Part shown: positions 10,177 to 20,000 of the stretch, piece after piece
Position numbering within the stretch: the first letter of the stretch is position 1
Layout: every line of letters begins with the position of its first letter
Source of the DNA: Catajapyx aquilonaris
Taxonomy: Eukaryota
DNA: 20,000 bases
NCBI GenBank assembly: GCA_000934665.2
Contig: JYFJ02001929.1
Span: forward strand, 46,384-66,383
Direction of reading: 5' to 3'
The notes under the pieces: model-generated
What the model saw: the letters and a program-made list of their open reading frames with translations, nothing else
Told to the model about the DNA's origin: nothing
The model's database searches: none
Translations under genes and position numbers: made by a program

Positions 10177-12122
10177 ACAGGAAAATTATTAACTAGATTT
10201 TAGTAGCCTACAGTACTTGGATCAAATAAGTGCAGACATCTAATGCTGTATTTCTTACTTGAAAATATTTCTGCATTCATGTAGATCACGTACAGGCAAA
10301 GGAGGAATGGCGCATTGAGGTGTTATGTGGCGGTTGATGAAGCCTGGTTCTACCTCGTGCAATATTATTCAGTTGGAGGCTCCGGAATCTCCCTCGGATA
10401 TGAGCATACCCGGAATTCCAGAGTGAGACACGACAACTTTCTCACCCCCCACCCTTATACTTGCAGGGACCTTTCCCAGGGGTCTCTTTTTCGCCAAAAA
10501 TATATTCTCATACTCTGGAGGGGAAGTCCAAGGTGAAGGCAATATAAATACAACCCACCCCTAGAGGCCTCTGGAATATGAGGCTGCTGTGGTCTGACCT
10601 TACCCTTGTTTAGGAGATGTTTAAAGCCGGACAAGATTGTGATTAAATCCAGTATTTTTCCTACACGAAGCGAGCAACATCGATCATGCAAATGAGGTTT
10701 AATGTGAAGCGGATATAACGGATTTCGCTTATGGAATATTAAGCCATGTAATTTTCACTCGAATAATTTTCTCTATACTACTAGGGAAAAGTGCATTGAC
10801 TAAAGAAAAATGACAGAAGCTCTAGTTTGAAATGTTGATCAGTTTTTGATCGATAGTTGTTGCGAGGCTGATAATGTCGAGTGGTGAGAGCATTGCACTC
10901 AACCAGAGCACGCGAGAGACCTCAAAACAATCATATTGTTCGCTCTCGCAGGGCTTTATAAATGAGCGGTTGACCGCAACAAAAGAGCATTTGTGTCATT
11001 ATTAAGCTTTTCCTATAGCCAACTGCGATATAGAGGACTGAAATCAGCTCTATCAGATGTGGTCGCATGGCTTTTCATAATAATCCGCAATTTTTGATGG
11101 CCTCGAAACATTGACGAAAATTCCGGGACTGTGCGTTGAAACAATGGAAAAAATTAACTCCACTTCCAGATAACATGCGTTATCGCATCAATGTGACCAT
11201 TTCGCTGGACCTTAATTGCCGTGCAGAACATTATGCAATGGTTGCGGCTAATTGCTGATGCAAGAAAATGTGGGAATAATCGCAATTAATCATAACAAAT
11301 GTATAGTTTCGCACCGATTGTGTGTTACATTTCAGTTGCTGATTTCTCCTCATTAAATTAATGATTGGAGAGGCTCAATATTTTTTTATTGCGTGAAATA
11401 GCATATTAACACCACAATAATTAATTCAAATATTAATTTCTTCACTTTCTCTGCTCATCTTTAGAGTCTCACGTGCCATTGACTCTCGCTTGCCATTTGC
11501 AAGGTACAGCCTGAGCCAAGAGAAAAGGAGGCTGCATTACGCCGGATTAGTTCCGCAGTTGGTTTGAAAAGGAGCCAACATTTCTTGTGACGGGTTGGTG
11601 GGGGAAGGGGATGGAGAGGAAAAGGGGTTGAAAGGGAGAGGGAAAGAAGTGGTATCAAGGCGAATCATTATTGATCCTCCATAAGAAGAAGAAAGTTGAG
11701 GGGAGTTGGGGGGAGGCCAGATTTTCCAGAGCAACTGGAGCATGCGAAACATCCTTCTCTTTTTTTCTGACTCACTAAAAATGTGCAGAGTCCATGTCGC
11801 ATATTGTATAATGGGCATGTAATTCAAGGAAGATCGTAAATTATTGTGACAGTTTAGTAACAGTACTGTTGTAATATGTCGTTAAAAAATGTGTTTAAAG
11901 CTGGCTTTGAAGGGTATGCAACTCTGTGTGGAAAGGGTGGAGCCTGGTGATGGGGGGCCCGGAGTCTCATTCGTGGGACTGAATCCGGGCAGGGCACAGG
12001 CGCAGGTTTTAGGCGGAAGGGTAGGAGGTGGATGGGGTGGGCCTAAAAATATTAGGCCCTTTACTGGTCTGGGTTTCGGTTCGCCTGGCAGAGGCACGTG
12101 GGACGGATAGGAACCATGAGCC

Positions 12123-12228
12123 ATGCCGTTGCCCAGGGGCCACGGGGCGGGCCTCCTCGCCCTCACAGCCCTATTCTTCTGCCTCGGGGCCGCCCCTGTG
12201 CTGGCCCTGCCACCGGTCATCAAGATAG
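12123..12228 (+). CDS. Grik: First coding exon (signal peptide plus start of the amino-terminal domain) of a second kainate-type iGluR gene
   Basis: gccATG at 12123. MPLPRGHGAGLLALTALFFCLGAAPVLA|LPPVIKI(G) has a hydrophobic core, a V-L-A signal peptidase site and the LPPVI(K/R)IG start typical of insect kainate receptor mature N-termini. Phase-1 donor AG|GTCAGT at 12229. Locally GC-rich. Confidence 0.82.
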
Positions 12229-15200
12229 GTCAGTAAATGGCTTCTGTGCATTAATTTTGGGGTTAGCATATTAATAGCAATATTAACATATTTTTAAACC
12301 ATACACGCAATAAAGCCATCCCACATTAAGAGCAATGAATATGCCAAATGAATTATTGGATTCCAATTTAATCCACTTATTGATCATAGATTGGCACAGT
12401 CCAAAATGACAGTTGGTCACTGCAAATAATTATGCTAGTTATCCACAAGAGCATTTTGTTTCATTACATCTTATTAGTGTGGTTTGGAATGGAACGTAAT
12501 TACTTAATTACTTCGCGTATGCCACAAATGTGAGTGACTCTTCAGCAAATTTCGATGACCGGATAGGAATCACAGCCATTTACAGCTGTTGCGATTATTG
12601 ACAATGATTCCGTCAGTTTAGTACTTAAAAAACTAGATGTAATTTGTCTCACTTTTCGGCATATAAAAGCCTCTCCCGGCAACTGCAATGTCCAAGGCAA
12701 TAAAGGCATGTGACAGTCTATGACCGGATATTTACCTTTCTGGCTGCGAGGTTTGATTAGGAAACCAGATGCGATACTGGGGGACCAAAAAGGCCGGAAA
12801 GAGTAATTCCGGACAGAGAATGAATTCTTGTGGGAATTCCTCGGGTGCTCATTTACAAAAGAGACTGAACCGCGTCGGTTTATTTACTCGTGCCATAAAG
12901 CAAGCGCTTATAAAGCCCCCCCCCCTGCGGTTCCCAGCTCTACAATTACACAGATAGGAAGCTTAAAAATGGTTCAGAGAGGCCGATAGAGCCAGACTTT
13001 ACAGCCCTAAAATTATACTGGGACCAGTGTCGGCAACAACACTTACTTCCGACTCACTACGCAATCTAATGGATTGTTCGAATCGTTTTTGAAACATCCT
13101 GTAGCTTTGTAGCAGCATTTATTGAGCGTACGACCTGCCTCTCTGAGCAGACAGAATGATCATTACGCACTTGGTCATTTCCATAAGCAAACCATCCTCG
13201 GTGGGCATCACTCTTGAAACAAAATGTCAGTCCTACTCTCAGCTTGCAAAATCTCGAATTTGCATACAGAGCCTGGATGCGAATTCCGATTTTATACGAT
13301 CAGTAGGGGTTTTTTTTGGGGGGGGGGGGGGTGGAAAGTACGAGGAGGCCACAAATCCTGGTCGTGACCGTTTATGCCGAGTCCTTCTCGTAACATTATT
13401 CAGGCTTTCAAAAATACATAGAGTGGTGGAAAAAATGAAGAGAAAAAAGAGAGAGAAAAAATGAAAGGAAGAGAGAACCGCCATTTTCACTTAAGAGTGA
13501 CCCTGACATCACCAGTCAATACCTCTTTTTCTCTCTCTCTGAACTAGGTCTGACTGCTCTTTTCAGATTTGAAGAAGACAAAAAAAAAATGGAGGCAAGA
13601 GAGAGACAGGCCTACCTTTTGTGCTAGTCCATCAGACGGAAACTTGGGGCTATTCTCAGGCACGAACAGGACCTGGGAACATAAGATTTGTCTTAGTTTC
13701 TTCCACACGAAAAATCACTGACTTATAGACTTTGGTCACGTCACATTCCTTTGCTATAATAAATTGTGTAAAGCAAAGAACTACTGTCCGCATCAAACCA
13801 AAAATGCTTGGATTTCAGCTTATTAATGACATGGAAAGAAGCTACTAATTGTAGAGAAGTTGGTTTGAATGAACTGTTGGAAAGTCGTATGTCCCTGGGC
13901 TTAGCTCCCTCCAAATTCGGGGCTTAGAAGGCGCTTTAATTCCGAACATCACCGCTGGTTCTCTCCCGCGATCTTCATCTAATCTTGGCCCCAAAACTCT
14001 CCTCTGCTTGATGTTAAAGAGCAAATCCCTCCGGAACCTCCCCTGAATTCGGATGGACCTTCTTGCCCTGTCCCTCAACCCACTTCTCTCAGGAAGGGAC
14101 AATTCAAAGGTCAGATTTCCAGACCTCTGTAATCGTTTATTATACAACGAACAGAAGCTCCTGACATGATAATCCCTTCCAAGTTTGGGCAGATGAGCAA
14201 CAAATATTCCGAACCGAGCGGATTAATCATTAACTGCTGGCGGAAGTTGAGTCATCAAGGCCCTCGTCTTAATATACTTGCCCATCAAAATGAGAGCCAG
14301 GATTCCTTTAATTACCATAATAAGCCGACTTTGCAGCCAGGAGCAGAAATGGAGGGTTATAAATCGCAAGGACAATTATTGTCTGCAGGGTATTTCATAC
14401 TTATTCCTCGAAACGCTTTGATACACCCTGTAGGCACCCCCCAAAAATGTCTGCACCTCCCAATCCATCAGTTAGAAAAATGGAATCGGGATCAATCAGC
14501 GTTCAATCCACATCAGAAACGAGGATGGGTCCAATAATTTATTCGGCGTCATCCTCTCTTTCTATCCAGGAGAGCGTTTACCCGATGGAAAGCTGTCTTT
14601 ATAAATCAGTGTGATCCAAAAGAGAAGGTTGTGTGACTGGTCCTCCTCTTGCTTCCTCCACATTCATGGCTCCAAGCCAGATTTCGAAGGGGGACCCAAC
14701 TGGCGCCGACTGGAGTACCAGAAACAACCTACTCCAACAATAGTCACTGACCTACCCGAATCTAAAGCATTTTGCTCCTTTACAATTTGTAGATTTGGAT
14801 GTGGTAATCCACATGTCCTGAAAAAGAGGCTGTTCACACTTCTTTTTTTTCTGAGCAGTTAGCTCGTCATTAATCCCAGTGCCTTAAGCCTTCATCCCTC
14901 TTAAGACAGTTTGCGCTCCTTCAAACGGCGAGGCAAAGAAATGCGAGAAGAATCCCCGAGAAAATCCCTCAAGTGGCGTGCATCATCCCTTACATAAATC
15001 CCCCACTGCAGACTGGTGCAAGTGAGAGCCACAAATGGTTTCAAATCTAAGATCAAAATTAATCACAAGCTATAGAGAATTGACTCTTTTTTTCACTTCC
15101 AATTATTTAAAATGTATCCTGTGTGTAAAGTAACAAAGTTTTCACCATGACAATACTCAGCTAGTGCTCCTAATTCTATATTAAAATTTGCATATATTAT

Positions 15201-18200
15201 GGACGTCAAAATGTTTCCCATTACTATAAGCTGAGTTCTTCTCTATTCCCCAACCTACAATGCAAGTTAGAAGCATAAAACGAGCCCTCTTTTGATTGGA
15301 CGAGTCTTCTTATTTTTCAGCCCTTATTCTACGCGGGTATGCCTTACAATGAATGATGCCATCACCTCGTTTTGCACCAAGTGTAAATTGTTCCAGGAGA
15401 AAACGTGGTTCAAATATCATCCAGAAATGAGATACACAAGCTCAGGCAGTACATTTTCCTCCAGGGATATACGCCGTTTTCTAAGTCTCAGAAAAAAAAA
15501 ACTAGCTCAAATATTGCCCGTTTCGTCCATGCAGAATTGGGCATAAATCGAGGCTTCCCTTGCTTCATTTTCGCACTAATTATTATCTGGCGAGTTTCAA
15601 CTATGCTAAAAACTGGGAGGAAGGGAATGGGTTGTATAATTGGGTGGAAAAAAGAGAGGAAGTTGTTCGATAATCCCTCAGGCATTATTCAGCCTTGCAA
15701 TTTGTAAAAGTACGCCGCCTGCTTATTTTAATGACGAGATTTCAGCTTAAATTAGCTGGTTTCTTCAGAAAGTCAGATTATTATTTCTTAAACGTAAAAA
15801 AAGTTGGTTCCTATACTTTTATGTGCATTCATAACGCGACACTCAATATGTGGCTTTAAGATCCGCATGCAAATGGCGTTCATTGTTGCGAAGGGTTGTT
15901 CCAGCCAAGCATTTATCACGTAGCATTACGCACTCATTATAATTAATTCCTTGCTTAAAGCACGTCACCCTGACTTAATGACTTGTCATGCAGGACTCCA
16001 TCATGTATACGATTCATTATTGCGCATCGTGAAGTGACTTCTATTCGGACAGGCAGCATTGTGCCATGGTTACCATTCAAAATCTCAAATTAATCCCTCG
16101 TTTAACTGAAATCAATGTACCTTTTTGGCGACTGGCTTAATTAAACGGTCAAGATCGGATCGCACATTATTTTTTGAGTCGGACCTTGATCGACAACCAC
16201 GACTGGTTTCAATTAGGTCGTCTAATGCGTTAGGTGCCAAACCCCCTGATATCTGGAGGGGCTCGTTAACTCGTGATTAATGAGCCCCAAGCGTATGCAC
16301 CTTTCCCATCCATCAAACTCATCCCTGTGACTCAAGTGTCGAGCAATCCTGCCCTAGGTGGTTTCAGGATTGAAAATCAAATATTGCCTAGTCTCAGCTT
16401 CCAGTCTCCAAATGTTTGTTCCCAGTTTTTTTAAAAAAAAAAAGTTGACCCGAGCAAATGTAACGACTTTTTTTTTTGTCCAGACCATGATTCACACACA
16501 CTGCGACAATGGGAACTGGTGACAGGTTTGGAGGGGGGGGGGGGGGAAAAAGGTCGCAAAAATTACGATGGGGGAATTTCGGGGGGAGTAATTTTCAAAA
16601 AAATTAAGATTTATGCACCCGGTGCTGTTGTTTGTCTGATGCTTTTATGGCAAGTTTATAGTCTCCGGGAAGGATAGCCCTGTCCTGTCAGACGCCTTCC
16701 AGCCAACATAAATTATGGAAAATGTTCCAGGCCTGAACCCCATATCACTTTCCAGCACCTATGAAGAGTTAATAATCTGCACTTTTGATAATTGCAATTC
16801 GCAGCTCGAACTTATTGTCGGACACGAAATAATAAAAACGGCGGGGATTTGTAGGAATTAACTCTGCCCGCTAATGAATGCCTGTGTTAATTACACCCGT
16901 GCGGCTGTTCCTGGGCAGCGGAATAGTCGGACTTAATCAGAGGTTCTGAATAGGACCACTCCATAAAATGTACAGTGCTGTGGAAACCTGAAGATTAAAA
17001 AATATATACAGTTTGAATATGCGGATTGGACAAGAAACCAGGTTTCATTCGGATGTGAAGTGCGTCATATTCCATCAGGATGAATTTTGAGCTATTGAAA
17101 CAAATATTTACCGTTCCTGCAAGTGACAGGCGGCCCCCACACAATATCACTTCCATGTAGTCCGAAACGATGACAAATTTTGGTCCTAAGAGACGCATCA
17201 GTTCTGGCAAAAAAAGTGATGAGAAGAAGGGTGCATTTGACATGCCAAACAAGACACGAACAAGTGTGTCTGGAAGGTGGCGGGGAAGATCTGGCTTCTG
17301 TCACGTAGCTAAATGATCAATAGTTGGCTGATGTAATGCGTTGCTGCTTAGACAGAGAAGGATGTCAAATGTACCTCTTGTTCCTGCTGAAATTTCAGGA
17401 CAGTCAAATTCAAAGAAGTTCAGGGATAATACGTCACATCCAGAAGCTTGAAAAGAAACGCAACTTTGCTCAGTCATAAACGCCATGTCATTTTTCAGAC
17501 CTTTTTTTTTTTTGGCACTGGAGTCCGTGAGGTGACAGAAAAATGGGGTAGGAAGATGCGGGAAGGCGGTGACAAATGGGTGGAAAGGACCGCTCGACCC
17601 CAACCCAGATCGAGGACCGGCCCACACATTTTTGTCGCCCAGGGTGATAAGGCCAGTGGTATAAAAAGTTGCGATCATAAATTCCCCCACAAAAAAGACT
17701 TGACCTCCTTCGGTTCCACTATCAAAATGGAAGCAAAGTGCCCTGAACGCGATTAAACACACCTTTTTGTATCAAATAGCTCAGGAATATCCTCTATGAA
17801 CTTTAATAACCGGATAAGTCACATACAGTGTTCTTTCGCAGTGAACAACCTCAGTGTATCGATCATGTCGCTTCGAGAGAAGAGACAATATTAGAGCCTG
17901 CAAAATTCTCCGCAGAATTCCAATTGGAAGGACCCCTGAAGACGTCGATTTACATTGCAAATTGCACCCGCTTCTTATTAAGTCCTCGTGTCTCATTTCC
18001 CTGATTTATTATGTTGGGGGGGCTAATAATGGTTAGAAAAAAGTGCGGAAAATTGTCCTTCTTGATGGGAATGGTAATGACCTCTCCCTTCCCTGCTTTA
18101 CTTTCTTTCTAATTATTTCATGTCCGCTCGCGCCTGAGTCATTTGGTGGTCTTGGAGGCCACAAGAATAGTGCTCTTAACTTCTAGACGAAAAAAAATAC

Positions 18201-20000
18201 ACGCCATTACTCCGCAACTGCAAAGTCAGGCCAGCTTTTGTTCCCTTGTCGCTATAACTTCACAGCCAAATTAATCTGACCATTTGAAGCATGACTCTCA
18301 GCTCTAAAATTTTACTTCGGGCCTTGTTGTCTTGCAGAAAAACGTACTTATTTATTATAAGAAGGTTAAGGCACATAATATTTTGTGTGCTAATCACTGT
18401 TATTTAAAAAATCGCCGTTTTGCTCAGCATCATTGATAATAAATGAAAATGTCTGTTGTCTGGTGTAGGAAAATTGTACTTCATGCACTAATTTTCGGCA
18501 TGGAAGGGAATTCTGCTGGCGAAATTAAGGAAGCCTGGTCCTGCAAATTGGCCCATTCCGGAGGGTCGTTCCTGGCAAGAAATTCCGGAGACCTTAGTTC
18601 CTCCTTACTTCCGGAGTAAAATTCCTTCACGGTCCGGGCATAACACCTTTCCTTCCACCAATATTCCCTCGCTCAAAAAAGATAAAACTGGTTTTTTCCC
18701 CCCTTGCAATGACCAAAGTTGGGAAAAGGGAAAGTTATGTCACTCATGTTTCAGCTCATGTTGAATTCATGCGCTGCAATAGTGCAAAACCATGAGTCCG
18801 TTAATAAACAATTTGGGAGCGGGCTTTGTTGTCTGGCTGCTTGGAATATTTAGGCCAACCCGAAGCCCATTTAGGTTAACACGACCGCACAATTGAGTCG
18901 TTAACGAGCATTTAGCTGCAAATGGCGCAACCTCATTAATGCAAATTTAGGTGTAATAAGGAAAAAAATTCACGCGTACAATTCCATGGTGAGAAAAAGA
19001 CTTCCACTTTTTTTTGGGAGGGACCAAAATTGATGTCACTTTCTTATGAAGGGAGGTACCAGCCGCGGAAGCAAAGAAAGACTTGGTTCCATCGGAAGAA
19101 AGATTGGCAAGTGGGTTATTCCCTTTGGCCCCGGGGCGACGAAGCAAGACGGGAACTAATGTCGGTCTGCCCCGGAGAGAGAGTGACTCTTCCAACCGCA
19201 GCAAGAGATCGAAAATTCCACAGAGGCGATATCCTAGAGAAATAGATCACAAAATAGCGATTTTTTTTTCAAAGTGTAGGAAAAATCATATGGTCTTCGT
19301 CGAAGGCCAAATATTATATGAGGCAATAAAAATGGAATGAATATCGGGTATACATTTGGCAGAAGTGCACTTTCATATAATATTACACTGATCAAAAATG
19401 CACGACTCTAAATGACATTCTGAAATTACATTTCAGAAGACAAAGGAATAACGGTAGGTACTGATTAAATTTGGATTCAGTGTGCCCCCCTTTCAAAATG
19501 TAATAATGCTGCACATTAAGTAGAGTAAATACATTTCGAATTCTTTAAAAAGGAACGAGCCAAGCAGCCTGTAAGAAATTGCCAGTCTCTTATTCGCAAA
19601 GTTGGAGAGGCACAGCAGGATGCGGTGGTAGAATCGCATTGCTATGCAAGAAATGAGGCCCAAGCATCCAACCGTGTATATAGAGAGTGGAGGAAGGAGA
19701 GGGGGAAAAAAAAGGAGCAAGAGTTAATCCCCACGTCTGTTTTGCGTATACGAAACTACGTGACGCCGTGTTCCTGGTTTTTTATTCCCGTGTCTGGAAG
19801 GGCAGATAATGTGCAAATAAGCTTCTTTTTCCACCCCCGATCCTGCTTCCAGCTTAAATTAAAGCTCGACAGATCCGGAGCAAGTCAGGCGCGGAATTGC
19901 GATCAAATTACTTGTGAAATTCCTATACGTGTCACACACACTGGAGTGTTCCCAAAGGCAGTGTCTCCATCACAATAATGCAATTCCCATGAAAGATAGA
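12229..20000 (+). other. Probable first coding-region intron of the second receptor gene (over 7.7 kb, open-ended)
   Basis: Starts at the GTCAGT donor. No phase-1 acceptor continuing with (G)AIF... was found by eye, and there are no credible ORFs. Confidence 0.6.

Noticed and set aside
10838..11340. Inr-like TCAGTT (10839, 11332) and DRE-like GATCGATA as the gene 2 core promoter
   Set aside because: Short motifs without correctly spaced TATA or DPE support; the TSS cannot be placed from sequence alone.
3366..11900. ORF-track entries of 60-116 aa between the two genes
   Set aside because: No recognisable domains, many use non-ATG starts or translate homopolymer runs, and no consistent exon chain exists.
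13309..13331. T9-G14 homopolymer junction, and other G/C runs near 4106, 12916 and 16534
   Set aside because: Ordinary simple-sequence slippage tracts.
4580..18120. Frequent TAATTA/TTAATTAA homeodomain-like sites
   Set aside because: Frequency is not clearly above expectation for AT-rich DNA.
12769..19978. ORF-track entries in the distal region, including 153 aa at 17301-17762 (-) and 123 aa at 14166-14537 (+)
   Set aside because: No protein-family motifs, no transposase or reverse transcriptase signatures, and none resembles the iGluR amino-terminal domain.
1..20000. Prokaryotic systems (CRISPR, operons, defence islands), rRNA or tRNA genes
   Set aside because: The window is intron-containing eukaryotic DNA. 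No repeat-spacer array or recognisable structural RNA gene was seen.

Overview
Eukaryotic, most likely arthropod, genomic DNA (short GT-AG introns of 55-83 nt, TTAGG-type repeat). Positions 264-2973 (+) hold the 3' half of a kainate-type ionotropic glutamate receptor gene, resembling from memory the Drosophila CG11155 clade, running from M1 to the stop codon, with a polyA signal at 3165. Its M1-M2 pore exon is tandemly duplicated (264-521 and 670-954). Both copies are phase 0 with intact splice sites; one encodes R and the other Q at the Q/R pore site, which points to mutually exclusive splicing standing in for Q/R RNA editing. The 148-nt intron between the copies is colinearly antisense to both exons, a candidate competing RNA-pairing switch. 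At 12123-12228 (+), missed by the ORF track, is the signal-peptide first coding exon of a second, head-to-tail iGluR gene (...ALPPVIKIG); its first intron appears to run past the window end. The rest is non-coding, with an interstitial (CCTAA)n array and a probable Tc1/mariner MITE relic. Most ORF-track entries outside these exons look spurious.
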